A stretch of DNA of 63,609 bases, filler included, from Candidatus Omnitrophota bacterium (GCA_015233495.1; 5 parts of 5 records of this genome joined end to end with filler, not necessarily neighbours in it), one strand, 5' to 3'; shown: positions 8,735 to 18,838, numbered from the whole stretch's first letter. Notes: generated by a model from the letters alone, not told the origin. Program-made: numbers and translations.

Positions 8735-10480
8735 TTATTTCCTATACTCAGGCTGGGGCTGATATTTCGTGTGCAATAAATGATGCGACTTTTCTCCCAG
8801 CGGCTTGCCTAAAAAGTCCTGATATAATTTTTGCACATAAGGATTTTCATGGCTGCAGCGCAGTGTCTTGCTCTCATCATCCGCGTAAACTCCTTTGGCG
8901 CGAGCCCGGCGCACCTCGTCCGTGACCCCGTAAGGCTGGCCGCCGCCGCCCACACAACCGCCGGGACAAGCCATGACCTCAATAAAATGATACGGCAAAG
9001 GCTCGCCCTTTTCTTTCGCGGCGCGGACCTTATTGATAACGGACTGCACATTTCCCAAACCATGGGCTACTGCGATGCGGATATCCGTGCCCTTAATCGT
9101 AACCGTGGTCTCTTTCACGCCTTTTAAGCCGCGCACTGCTTCGAATTCCACTTTGGGCAAATTTTCTTTAGTGACGAAATAATACGCGGTGCGCAGAGCC
9201 GCTTCCATAACCCCGCCGGTAGCGCCGAAAATCACGCCCGCCCCGGTGTAATCGCCAAGCAGAGAATCCGCGCCTTCATCCGGCAATTCCGCGAAATCCA
9301 CGCCCGCCTGCCGGATCATGCGGATCAGCTCGCGGGTGGTGATCGAAACGTCAGTGTTCTGATTCCCCGCCGTAAACATTTCTTTGCTGCGGTGGATTTC
9401 ATATTTTTTCGCGGTGCACGGCATGATCGACACCATAAATATTTTCTGCGGATCAACGCCGATTTTTTGAGCGTAATACGTTTTGGCTAAAGCGCTTAAC
9501 ATTTCTTGCGGCGACTTAGCGGAAGAAAAATGCTCAATCATGTCCGAATCAAATTTTTCCATAAAGTCTACCCACGCCGGACAACACGTCGTAATCAGCG
9601 GCAACGGCCCTTTTTTATTCACGAAACGTTCGACAAACTCGCTGGCCTCTTCCATGATCGTCAGATCCGCGGCAAAATTCGTGTCGAACACCGCCTTAAA
9701 TCCCAAGCGGCGCAGCAGCGAATACAATTTGCCCGTCAGATTCGTGCCGGGCTCATACCCAAAACCCTCGCCGACCGCCACGCGCACTGCCGGCGCGATT
9801 TGCACCACGCAGTATTTTTCCGAGTCCTGCAAAGCCTTCCAGACCAAAGTCGTGTCGTCATTCTCAAAAATCGCGCCCGTCGGACAATGCGCGGAACACT
9901 GGCCGCAGCGCACACAGGGCGAATCGCCCAATTTGATGTCGCCCGCCGGAGAAATCCGCGTATCCACCCCGCGGTCCAAAAATGACAAAGCCCAGACGTC
10001 CTGCATATTCTGGCAGACCTCAACACAACGGCCGCATTTGATGCATTTCGGCGGTTCCAGCACCACCGTGCCGGTAGTATTATCCACCGGCAAGTTCGGA
10101 ACGATTTTTTTAAATTCTTCTTCCCGGATCGCGAAATCGGCGATCATAGTCTGCAATTCGCAGTTCTGATTGCGGCCGCAGGTCAAACAATCGTTGGGAT
10201 GATTCGATAAAATAAGCTCCACCACAGTGCGGCGGGCTTGCACTATATCCGGATCATGAGTGATGATCTGCATATTTTCTTCCATAGGCGTGCAACAGGC
10301 CCGCAGCATCTTGTTCGACCCCTTGACCTTGACCACGCAGATCCCGCACCCCGCCGACGGCGGCAGATCAGGATGTTTGCACAAGGTCGGAATCCGCACC
10401 TGAACTTTCCGGGCCACTTCCAATATCGTCATTCCCGGCTCAAACTCCACCGGGATCCCATTGATGACCGCTTTTCCCAT
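8735..10480 (-). CDS. hydA: Group A [FeFe]-hydrogenase catalytic subunit
   Basis: H-cluster motifs TTCCPAW, MPCTAKKYE, EVMACPGGCVGGGGQP. N-terminal 2Fe-2S, His-ligated and 2x4Fe-4S F-clusters. Confidence 0.96.
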   Translation of the reverse strand: MGKAVINGIPVEFEPGMTILEVARKVQVRIPTLCKHPDLPPSAGCGICVVKVKGSNKMLRACCTPMEENMQIITHDPDIVQARRTVVELILSNHPNDCLTCGRNQNCELQTMIADFAIREEEFKKIVPNLPVDNTTGTVVLEPPKCIKCGRCVEVCQNMQDVWALSFLDRGVDTRISPAGDIKLGDSPCVRCGQCSAHCPTGAIFENDDTTLVWKALQDSEKYCVVQIAPAVRVAVGEGFGYEPGTNLTGKLYSLLRRLGFKAVFDTNFAADLTIMEEASEFVERFVNKKGPLPLITTCCPAWVDFMEKFDSDMIEHFSSAKSPQEMLSALAKTYYAQKIGVDPQKIFMVSIMPCTAKKYEIHRSKEMFTAGNQNTDVSITTRELIRMIRQAGVDFAELPDEGADSLLGDYTGAGVIFGATGGVMEAALRTAYYFVTKENLPKVEFEAVRGLKGVKETTVTIKGTDIRIAVAHGLGNVQSVINKVRAAKEKGEPLPYHFIEVMACPGGCVGGGGQPYGVTDEVRRARAKGVYADDESKTLRCSHENPYVQKLYQDFLGKPLGEKSHHLLHTKYQPQPEYRK

Positions 10481-10519
10481 ATCATTATCCTTTTGTTGTT
10501 TCCTGCAACCAAGCCAAAC

Positions 10520-12274
10520 TTAACGCGCGATCGCGCCGAATTTACAAACCTCAAAACACTTGCCGCATTTGACGCATTTGGCCGCGTCAATCACAAACCC
10601 TTTTTCCCGGTCGCCGCTGATCACATTTACCGGGCAATTGCGCTGGCACAAACTGCAGCGTTTACACTTATCTTCCACCACCCGGTAACGGAACAACCGG
10701 CTGCATTTTCCCGACGGGCAGCGGTTTTCCAGAATATGCGCCTTATATTCTTCGTAAAAATATTTCAAAGAAGAAGCGACCGGATTCGACGCCGTCTGGC
10801 CTAAGCCGCAAAGCGAAGCCTTTTGCATGGCGAAAGAAATCCGCTTCAACTTTTCCACGTCTTCAATCTTGCCGCGGCCTTCGGAAATTTCGGTCAAAAT
10901 ATGCAGCAACTGAGTCCCGCCGATCCGGCAGGGCGCACATTTGCCGCAGGATTCATCAACGCAGAACCCCAGATAAAATTTCGCGATATCCACGATGCAA
11001 TCCGTTTCATCCATAACGATCATGCCGCCCGAGCCCATAATCGAGCCGAGTTTCTGCAGTTGATCATAGTCCACGGGCGTGTCAAAATAATGTTCGGGGA
11101 TCACCCCGCCAGAAGGGCCGCCGGTCTGGATGGCCTTGATTTTCTTATTGTTAAGAATCCCGCCGCCTACTTCAAACACGATTTCCCTTAAGGATATGCC
11201 CATCGGCACTTCGATCAACGAAGAATTTTTGACCTTGCCGGTCAAGGCAAAAACCTTGGTGCCCTTGGCAGTTTCCGTGCCGATCGAGGCAAACCACGCC
11301 CCGCCTTTTAAAAAGATCACCGGAATATTCGCCAAAGTCTCTACGTTGTTGATCACCGTCGGCTTGCCCCACAACCCTTTGATCGCCGGATACGGCGGCC
11401 GCGGCGACGGATAACCCCGCCGGCCTTCGATCGAGGCAATCAAAGCCGTTTCTTCGCCGCAAACAAAAGCCCCGGCGCCCAGGCGGATCTCGCAATCAAA
11501 ATTAAAGCCGGTGCCAAAAATATTTTCGCCCAGCAGCCCGCGTTCCCGCGCCTGGATAATCGCTTTTTGGACCCGTTCCACCGCCAAAGGATATTCGGCG
11601 CGGATATAAAGAAACCCTTTGGTCGCGCCCATGGCGTAACCGCCGATCATCAATCCCTCAATCACGGAATGCGGATCCCCTTCCAAAACACTGCGGTCCA
11701 TATACGCGCCTGGATCGCCTTCATCGCCGTTGCAGATAATGTATTTCTGGTCCGCGGTGACGCCGCGGGCGATATTCCACTTCATCCACGTCGGGAATCC
11801 CCCGCCGCCGCGGCCGCGCAGTCCGCTGATTTTCATCTCATTGACTACCTGCTCAGGAGTGAATTGGGTCAAAACTTTATGGATGGCAAAATACCCGTCC
11901 TGGGCGATATAATCTTCAATGCGTTCCGGGTCGATCACGCCGCAATTGCGCAAAACAATGCGCAATTGTTTGTCTTTTGGCTCAAAAGCAATCGCCTCGA
12001 GCTTTTTCTGCTGAAAGATTCCCTCTTCAATGATCTGGCGGACATGCTCCTCCTGTACCCCGGCGTAAAAAATATTATCCGGCAAAATCTGCGCGACGAC
12101 CCCGCGGCCGTAAATCCCGACGTCAGAAGTGCGGACTACCTGAATTTCCTCGTCGCCGCCGATCACCCGCAATACCGCCAAAAACAAATCATGGATTTTT
12201 TTAATCCGTTCCGGATCGCCTTGTTCCGTATCAGTCAATAAAACGTATTTTTTGAATGCCTTCACCATAATCAA
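10520..12274 (-). CDS. hydB: NuoF-like NADH/FMN-binding subunit HydB
   Basis: GLRGRGGGGFPT, CNGDEGDPGAYMDR, GAGAFVCGEETAL, ESCGKCAPCR, C-terminal 2x4Fe-4S. Confidence 0.93.
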   Translation of the reverse strand: MIMVKAFKKYVLLTDTEQGDPERIKKIHDLFLAVLRVIGGDEEIQVVRTSDVGIYGRGVVAQILPDNIFYAGVQEEHVRQIIEEGIFQQKKLEAIAFEPKDKQLRIVLRNCGVIDPERIEDYIAQDGYFAIHKVLTQFTPEQVVNEMKISGLRGRGGGGFPTWMKWNIARGVTADQKYIICNGDEGDPGAYMDRSVLEGDPHSVIEGLMIGGYAMGATKGFLYIRAEYPLAVERVQKAIIQARERGLLGENIFGTGFNFDCEIRLGAGAFVCGEETALIASIEGRRGYPSPRPPYPAIKGLWGKPTVINNVETLANIPVIFLKGGAWFASIGTETAKGTKVFALTGKVKNSSLIEVPMGISLREIVFEVGGGILNNKKIKAIQTGGPSGGVIPEHYFDTPVDYDQLQKLGSIMGSGGMIVMDETDCIVDIAKFYLGFCVDESCGKCAPCRIGGTQLLHILTEISEGRGKIEDVEKLKRISFAMQKASLCGLGQTASNPVASSLKYFYEEYKAHILENRCPSGKCSRLFRYRVVEDKCKRCSLCQRNCPVNVISGDREKGFVIDAAKCVKCGKCFEVCKFGAIAR

Positions 12275-12621
12275 CCTGCCTTTACGCTATATATGTGGTC
12301 GTTGAGAAGTTTTTTCCCCAAGATATGCTTATCGACGATTTCCACTGCCACGTTTTCATCCACCCGGCCATAGATCACGACGGGCATACCTTCGACCGCC
12401 ACCTCCACCAAAGGCTCCGCGAAACATTTACCGGCGCAGCCGCAGCGTTCGACGCGGACCTCCAGTTCCCGCTCCTTCATCTGGGCGGTTAATTTTTCAA
12501 ACGTCTTATCCGCGCCCGCCGCGATGCCGCAAGTGCTCATTCCGACGCGGACCCAATTTCCCGAATCGCCTACGGACTGGGCTTTGATCCCGTCCAACTG
12601 CTCTTTGGTAATTTTTGCCAT
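12271..12621 (-). CDS. Thioredoxin-like [2Fe-2S] ferredoxin subunit (HydD/HndB-like)
   Basis: Start moved to MAKITKEQL (GAGGAG RBS). VGMSTCGIAAGA...CGCAGKCFAEPLVEV. Confidence 0.85.
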   Translation of the reverse strand: MAKITKEQLDGIKAQSVGDSGNWVRVGMSTCGIAAGADKTFEKLTAQMKERELEVRVERCGCAGKCFAEPLVEVAVEGMPVVIYGRVDENVAVEIVDKHILGKKLLNDHIYSVKAG

Positions 12622-12665
12622 AACTAACTCCTCACCGACCGCCGCGCTTCCCGGAAGCACAGAGG

Positions 12666-13529
12666 TCATTTCGCGGCAGCTTCCGGTTTGCGCGCGTATT
12701 TGGAAATGATGTCCATCACTTCATTCGATTTTACCTTGCCATAAACTTTATCATCAATCATCACCACCGGCGCCAGACCGCAGCAGCCCAGACAGCGGAC
12801 CAATTGCAAATGAAACAACCCGTCTTTCGTGGTCTGGTCTTCCTGAATGTTCAAAACATTTTTAATCTCCCGCAGGATAAGCGGCGTGCCTTTCAAATAA
12901 CACGCGGTGCCCAAGCACACGGAAATTGTGTGTTTACCCGGCGGATCGAGTTTGAAATAATTATAAAAGGTGATCACTTCATAAATCCGGGCGAGCGGAA
13001 TGTCTAAAATCCGGCTCAACTCGAAAGACACGTCGCGCGGCACATAGCCGTAACGGTTTTGGATCTCGTGCAAGACCATGATCAAATTGCCCTTTTTCCC
13101 CTTCCACTTCTGGGCCACATCGTCCAATTCTCCGACAACCCGGCGGTGCTCTTTGCCGGTCGCGGCCATGTATTGCGAAATAATTTCCAAGATGCCTTCC
13201 GGCGGAATATTTTTCCCGAAAATTTTATAATCCGCCAATTTCCCGTCCTGGATCGTCCCTAATTTTTCGCTTTCGCCGGAAATCAAAATTACCGGAATAT
13301 TGCGGGTTGCCGCGTCGTCTTGCATCGCGTCCGCCGCGTCTAAGGCTTCGGTTTTATTCGCCAATTCCACGTCCACCACAATCAAATCGGGAGACTCGTC
13401 CTTGGCCATTTGAAACCCGTCGTTCTGGTCCATGGCTGTCAACACGTCATAGCCGTTCTGCTGCAAAAAAACCGATGTCTTGCGCAGGAATTCCTTATCA
13501 TTCACAATAAGCAAAATTTTGTTTCGCAT
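12666..13529 (-). CDS. Receiver domain fused to NuoE-like subunit HydC
   Basis: N-terminal REC fold (KILLIVND...PDLIVVD...IPVILISG). C-terminal NuoE (VITFYNYF, VCLGTACY, RCLGCCGLAP). Confidence 0.88.
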   Translation of the reverse strand: MRNKILLIVNDKEFLRKTSVFLQQNGYDVLTAMDQNDGFQMAKDESPDLIVVDVELANKTEALDAADAMQDDAATRNIPVILISGESEKLGTIQDGKLADYKIFGKNIPPEGILEIISQYMAATGKEHRRVVGELDDVAQKWKGKKGNLIMVLHEIQNRYGYVPRDVSFELSRILDIPLARIYEVITFYNYFKLDPPGKHTISVCLGTACYLKGTPLILREIKNVLNIQEDQTTKDGLFHLQLVRCLGCCGLAPVVMIDDKVYGKVKSNEVMDIISKYARKPEAAAK

Positions 13530-13696
13530 AGCCTGTCCTTAATTTTGGATGAGATTAAACCGCGCTTTTCCAAATCCCGCCATGAAGGAATGTGACGCAA
13601 GATGAAAAATCCGAAGCAGTTAGAAGCAGGATGAAAATATTAAGTATCTTATCATAAAAAATATATTTTGAAAAAAATATTTCGGAAATCCCAGGT

Positions 13697-14781
13697 TCAT
13701 TTTTGGACCAAAAAATCGCCGATCGCCAGATAGTCCAATCCGCTTTCTTGGAACATACGGATCGCGTCTTGCGGAGCGCAGATCATGGGTTCTCCGCGGC
13801 GGTTGAGCGATGTGTTCACGACTACGGGAATCCCGGTCAAGCGATGAAACGCGGCGATCAGCTGATAAAATTTGGGATTGGCCGCCGGGTCCACGACTTG
13901 CGGCCGGCACGTTCCGTCAACGTGAACGACTTCCGGAATCCGGTCCTTCCACTTTGCCGCGGTCAGAAAAGCGATGGTCATAAACGGCGCCGGATGGTCT
14001 GAACCTAAAATATCCGGCGCGAATTCCGGCAAAATCGACGGGCAAAACGGCCGCCATTTTTCCCGGAACTTGATGATCGCGTTGATCCGGTCCGCCGTGC
14101 CGGGAATGGTCGGGTTGCCTAAAATGCTGCGGTTGCCTAAAGCGCGGGGACCCCACTCCATCCGCCCCTGAAACCAGCCCACGATCTCGCCTTGGGTCAG
14201 CAATTCCGCGGCCTTGGCAGTGATGTCTTTTTCGCGGGTGTAAGTTAAACCCGCCGCCCGCAACTCCGGTTCGATTTCTTCATTGGAGAATTCCGGGCCG
14301 AGATACGCGTGGGTCATCGCCGGAATATGTTCTCCCGCCTGGGCCGCGACATACGCTGCCGCGCCTAAAGAAGCGCCCGCGTCATGCGCGCCCGGCTGTA
14401 CCCATAACCGTTTCACATAGGGCAATTGCAGCAGCATCCGGTTTAAAGCCACGTTCAACGCCACTCCGCCGGCAAAACATAAATTGCCATGCCGCCGCAA
14501 TTCGTCCTTAAGATAAACCTCGACCAATTTCAGAACCATCTCTTCCAATTTTTTCTGCGTGGCCGCGGCAATATGCATATATGGTTCTTGCAGGCCGTCT
14601 CCCTGCCGCGGCGGACCGAATTCTCGCACCAAGCGCTCGGAATAAACTTTTAAAATATCCTGCCGTTTATTCCGCGAAACCCAGACGTATTCATCGTTGC
14701 AACGGTAAGAGCGGCGGCGTTCGTCCCAATATAAAATATGGTCCATATTGACGCGGGCCGCGTCGCCGTACGGCGCCATGC
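13697..14781 (-). CDS. Carbamoyltransferase (NodU/CmcH family), 5'-truncated at contig edge
   Basis: MAPYG at the edge is an internal motif. AGGVALN, GRMEWGPRALGNRSIL, KFREKWRPF, HVDGTCR, NTSLN. Confidence 0.9.
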
Positions 14782-14881
14782 NNNNNNNNNNNNNNNNNNN
14801 NNNNNNNNNNNNNNNNNNNNNNNNNTTAATTAATTAANNNNNNNNNNNNNNNNNNNNNNNNNNNNNNNNNNNNNNNNNNNN
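14782..14881. other. Artificial contig spacer
   Basis: 100-nt N run containing TTAATTAATTAA, which has stops in all six frames. Confidence 0.97.
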
Positions 14882-14883
14882 CT

Positions 14884-15027
14884 ACTTTCGAACAGCCAAT
14901 CGTTGATATGTCCCGCCTGGGGATCGAGAATCTGTATCAGATGAGTTTAGGCCTGGCAAAACTGCCGGTCAAGATCATGCTGGAGACAAAATTTATCAAA
15001 GGTCGTTCAACAGCGAAGATAGCTTGA
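14884..15027 (+). CDS. C-terminus of a LacI-type regulator (partial)
   Basis: Hand translation TFEQPIVDMSRLGIENL...KIMLETKFIKGRSTAKIA* matches the LacI effector-domain ending. Not in the ORF track. Confidence 0.6.
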   Translation, partial: TFEQPIVDMSRLGIENLYQMSLGLAKLPVKIMLETKFIKGRSTAKIA

Positions 15028-15037
15028 GGTGTTTCAT

Positions 15038-15562
15038 ATGGCAAAAGAGCTTGATCTGAAGAAGTTTATCCGCGATATTCCGGATTTTCCGAAAAAAGGC
15101 ATTGTTTTCAAGGACATTACTCCGCTTTTAAAGGATAAAAACGCGTTCAAAGCCAGTATTGATGGCTTGGCCAAGGCGTTTAAGGATAAAAAAATTGACG
15201 CAGTGGTGGCGGTGGAATCGCGCGGCTTTATTTTTGGCGCGGCTTTGGCGCATCAATTAGGCGTGGGATTTATTCCGGTGCGAAAAAAAGGCAAGCTTCC
15301 TTATAAAACGAAGAGCGTCACCTATCAATTGGAATATGGCACGGATACTTTGGAAATTCATGAAGACGCGGTTGGGCCGGGAGTGAAAGTTTTGATTATT
15401 GACGATGTGTTGGCTACCGGCGGGACTTTAAAAGGGGTAGCAGACCTGCTTAAGGTGCAAAAAGCGGAGATTGTAGGGGTGGGATTTGTTATTGAGCTGG
15501 GATTTTTGAAAGGCCGAGAAAAATTGGCGGGTTTGGATGTGAATGCTTTGATTAGATATTAA
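15038..15562 (+). CDS. apt: Adenine phosphoribosyltransferase
   Basis: IPDFPKKGIVFKDIT, ESRGF, RKKGKLP, YQLEYG, IIDDVLATGGT. Confidence 0.96.
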   Translation: MAKELDLKKFIRDIPDFPKKGIVFKDITPLLKDKNAFKASIDGLAKAFKDKKIDAVVAVESRGFIFGAALAHQLGVGFIPVRKKGKLPYKTKSVTYQLEYGTDTLEIHEDAVGPGVKVLIIDDVLATGGTLKGVADLLKVQKAEIVGVGFVIELGFLKGREKLAGLDVNALIRY

Positions 15563-15607
15563 ATTGCCCATTTGGGATGAACTTTTGAGATTCGCAGAAA
15601 AACATTT

Positions 15608-15681
15608 GCGCCTGTAGCTCAGGTGGATAGAGCGCGGCTCTCCTAAGGCCGGCGTCGGCCGTTCGACTCGGCCCAGGCGCA
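15608..15681 (+). tRNA. tRNA-Arg(CCT)
   Basis: GCGCCTG acceptor stem, D-loop GGATAG, anticodon loop CTCCTAA, T-loop GTTCGACT. No encoded CCA. Confidence 0.93.
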
Positions 15682-16008
15682 TAAAATTTCGGTTGTCATA
15701 GATCGAGTCGAACGAAGGGGCGCGGGGAGTCCGTCCCCGCGTTTTTGGGGTTACAGCTACGAACGAAGTGAGGAGCGCCATAGGGGCGAAGCCCCTGTGG
15801 GGAGGCCGCCAGCCTCAAGCTGGCGTGCCGACACGTTCGAGCGAAGCGGAAGTTTTGGATGTTTCGATACGCAAATTTATATCGTTAAGCAGGCAAAATA
15901 ACAGTGATTTTTTGTAACCTAAATGGGTGCAAGAGTTTTTGATTTAAGAGGATGCGCTTTTTTTGTTTTATCGCTTTCAAATAATTAGTAAAATTTTTTT
16001 AAAAATTG

Positions 16009-16037
16009 TTGACAGAGGTTTTTTCTTATGTGAGAAT
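16009..16037 (+). promoter_or_regulatory. Probable sigma70 promoter of the porin gene
   Basis: TTGACA, 17 bp, TGnGAGAAT, preceded by an AT-rich UP-like tract. Confidence 0.5.
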
Positions 16038-16312
16038 TATTGCACGTTGCACCCTGCTCTTTACATATTTGCGTAGTTTAGGGGTAATAGGGAAGAATGC
16101 GAGTTCTTCCTTCGTGGGCGGAAGCGGCGCCGGGAAATGGGCGCTGTTTCAGCCGTTCCAGTGATGATTTCAATCTGACGCGGAAAGGGGGGATGAAAAC
16201 ATTTCAGTCGGGAATCATCGTATACTGGTCAGAGACGAAAGAGTCCAGGTCGTCAAATAACCTGGTGTGCTTATAGATTCATTTATTTAAACTGGCTTTT
16301 TGGAGGAAAACA

Positions 16313-17785
16313 ATGAAAAAATTATTACTCGCAATTTTGCTCTTGGCAGTCGTGGCCGCGCCGGCTTTCGCTGCTGTGCAAAATGTGAAAGTAAGCGGTT
16401 CTATCGAGAACACTTACTTAAATCGGCAGGATTTCACGCTGGGCTTGAACGGTGTCAATAGCGCACTTACTGGACAAGCTGCCGCAGACAATGACGTGAA
16501 AAACGTGCAAAGCGTGTTTTTTACGCAAACCAAATTGGGCATTGCCGCGGATTTGACGGACAATGTTTCCACCACTGTGGAATTGCTCAATGAAAGAGTG
16601 TGGACTACGGACAATCCCGTGGCGGCACAAACCGATTCTCTCAACTCAAAGCTCAACGTCAATTTGGCGTATGTGACTTTGAAAGAGATGCTCTATTCGC
16701 CGTTAACCGTGATCGTTGGCCGTCAGCCATTGCAATATGGCACCGGCTTGATCATCGGCAAAACCGGAAATAGACAACGCGCTTCTTCTGCGTTGACCAA
16801 CGTGGCAAATGACATGAGCGAATTAACCGGTTATGACGCGGTTAGAGCGATTTTGGATTATAAACCGCTCACGCTCGATATGTTCTACACTGTGCTCACG
16901 GATACCGTTCCGGGTACCAGCACGGCAGTGGATAATGACAGAGTTCTCTCTGGGATCAATGCTTCCTATGAATTAGGCGACAAGATGAACACTCTCGTTG
17001 AAGCCTATTTCTTCAATCGCTCGGATCGCAGATATATAAATTCCGCGACAGCCAACGTTAACCCGAAAGCGGACACGGTTAACATTTTCGGCGGCCGGGT
17101 TTCGACCAATCCGATCGAAAGTTTGAATTTGCAATTCGAAGCCGCGCATCAGGGCGGAAACAACGCTTTTGCGGGCAGCGTTACCAATAATAAAGTCAAT
17201 CTTAGCCGTGACGCGTGGGCCTTGGAATTAATGGCCAATTATAAAATCCCGGTTCTGGCGAAATACAAACCGATGGCAAGTTATGTGTTTGATTATTTCT
17301 CCGGAGCGACAACAACTGCCACCGACAGCAGTAATAGCTGGACGGGCTGGGATCCGATGAATGAAGCGAAAAACGGCGGCAAGATTTTTAACTCGCTGTT
17401 TTCGCAGACCAATTATTATATGCATCAGGTCGCTTTATCCGCCAATCCGTTGGAAGACGTGATGGCAAAAGTGTCCTATACATATTTGCAATTGGTTGAA
17501 GGTTATCCGAACGATACATCAACCATGGCTATTCTTCAGCCGAACTTCGGCGGTTCGAATGCCGGCACAACGACGGGTATTTCGCCGATCGTGAATGGCG
17601 GAAATCGCTCGCTTGGTCAGGAAGTCGATCTCGATTTGACATACAACTATACGGAAGATGTCACAATCGGAGCGAATCTCGGTTATTTCTCGCCGGGTAC
17701 CTTGTTCAACGTGGCATCTTTGGCCGACAACAACAAACGTGTCGCTGCCAAGCAAGCCATGGTTAGCATGAAAGTGAACTTCTAA
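16313..17785 (+). CDS. Outer-membrane beta-barrel, alginate-export (AlgE-like) family
   Basis: Signal peptide, VGRQPLQYG, GYDAVR, LGQEVDL, terminal Phe. GGAGG RBS. Confidence 0.8.
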   Translation: MKKLLLAILLLAVVAAPAFAAVQNVKVSGSIENTYLNRQDFTLGLNGVNSALTGQAAADNDVKNVQSVFFTQTKLGIAADLTDNVSTTVELLNERVWTTDNPVAAQTDSLNSKLNVNLAYVTLKEMLYSPLTVIVGRQPLQYGTGLIIGKTGNRQRASSALTNVANDMSELTGYDAVRAILDYKPLTLDMFYTVLTDTVPGTSTAVDNDRVLSGINASYELGDKMNTLVEAYFFNRSDRRYINSATANVNPKADTVNIFGGRVSTNPIESLNLQFEAAHQGGNNAFAGSVTNNKVNLSRDAWALELMANYKIPVLAKYKPMASYVFDYFSGATTTATDSSNSWTGWDPMNEAKNGGKIFNSLFSQTNYYMHQVALSANPLEDVMAKVSYTYLQLVEGYPNDTSTMAILQPNFGGSNAGTTTGISPIVNGGNRSLGQEVDLDLTYNYTEDVTIGANLGYFSPGTLFNVASLADNNKRVAAKQAMVSMKVNF

Positions 17786-17815
17786 TTTATTTCGCTTAAG
17801 CGAAGTAAATCAGCT

Positions 17816-17849
17816 AAAAACCCCCGCGGCAACGCGGGGGTTTTTATTT
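17816..17849 (+). terminator. Rho-independent terminator
   Basis: aaaaacccccgcg-gcaa-cgcggggg-tttttattt. Confidence 0.9.
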
Positions 17850-17850
17850 G

Positions 17851-17881
17851 GTGCGCCCGGCAGGGCGCACTTACTTGAGGG
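17851..17881 (+). mobile_element. Truncated 5' end of a class IIC group II intron
   Basis: GTGCGCCCGGCAGGGCGCA starts right after the terminator U-tract, matching the GUGYG 5' end and the target rule of IIC introns. No intron body follows. Confidence 0.65.
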
Positions 17882-18244
17882 ACATAAAAATTAAATCAAA
17901 AAAATTTGTTTTAAATTCGTTAGGCGAAAAATTTTCGGCAACGCAAGAAAGAGAAGAAAATAATAAAATTGTCGATGAGCGGTTAAAAGGCCCGCGATAT
18001 TCCGCAATAGATTATTTTAGGCGATATGTTGATAAGCGAAAGAAGCGTGGATGAAGCGTTCGTTCTAATTTATGTTTTTGAAAGACCATCCGATCGAGAT
18101 ATATTTTCCCCGTCGAGAAAATCGCAAAATTTCCGCTCAAATTTTTTAAATAGTCGTTTGCAAATCGATTATCTTTGTTAAGATAAGATCAAGAATTCAT
18201 TTCGGTGATTGCGGCGTTCGGCTTATCCGACGAGAAAATAGGTT

Positions 18245-18838
18245 ATGAATCGCGAAGAAATCTACGATCATTTGGCGCAAGTTTATCTGGGCAAACGCAA
18301 AGAAGTCGACGAGAAAAAACGGCCCGACGTCAACGCTTGGTTGATCTTGAATATCTGCGTGACGTTGATTATTTTTTCCAGCGTGTTTTATGGGCTGACC
18401 GCTTTTTTGACTCAGCGGGGATTATCGCTGCGCAATCATGTTGTTTACGCCTTATACCGCGGGCCGGCGCGTTTAGATTATAATTTTGAAGAAAATTTTT
18501 TGCCGGTGAAAAGTTTTGATTTGAATTTGTCCCGGATGGACGCGAGCCCTTACCGCAATCTCAGCTTCGCGATCCGCAATCGCGAAACCGGGACGCCGGG
18601 CGTTGTCAAAGTGGTGATCCGCAATCAGCGCAATGAGATCGCGTCGTATTATTTGCGCGACGTCCGGCATGGGTGGCGCGAGTATTCTGTCCCTTTGGCG
18701 GAATTTAGTCAAATCGCCGATTGGTCCTGTTTGACGGATGTTTCGTTTGTCGTGGAATCATGGAACGTCACTGATCACCGCGGCGAGATTTTGATCGAGG
18801 ATATCAGTTTTACCGGAAGCGAGGCGCATAAAGTTTAG
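18245..18838 (+). CDS. Single-TM protein with a carbohydrate-binding-like beta-sandwich domain
   Basis: One TM helix, then LSFAIR...W.EYSVPLAEF...GEILIEDISF (CIA30/CBM-like pattern). Confidence 0.6.
   Translation: MNREEIYDHLAQVYLGKRKEVDEKKRPDVNAWLILNICVTLIIFSSVFYGLTAFLTQRGLSLRNHVVYALYRGPARLDYNFEENFLPVKSFDLNLSRMDASPYRNLSFAIRNRETGTPGVVKVVIRNQRNEIASYYLRDVRHGWREYSVPLAEFSQIADWSCLTDVSFVVESWNVTDHRGEILIEDISFTGSEAHKV

Noticed and set aside
15428..15781. 117-aa minus-strand ORF
   Set aside because: It is antisense to apt and tRNA-Arg, with no protein features.
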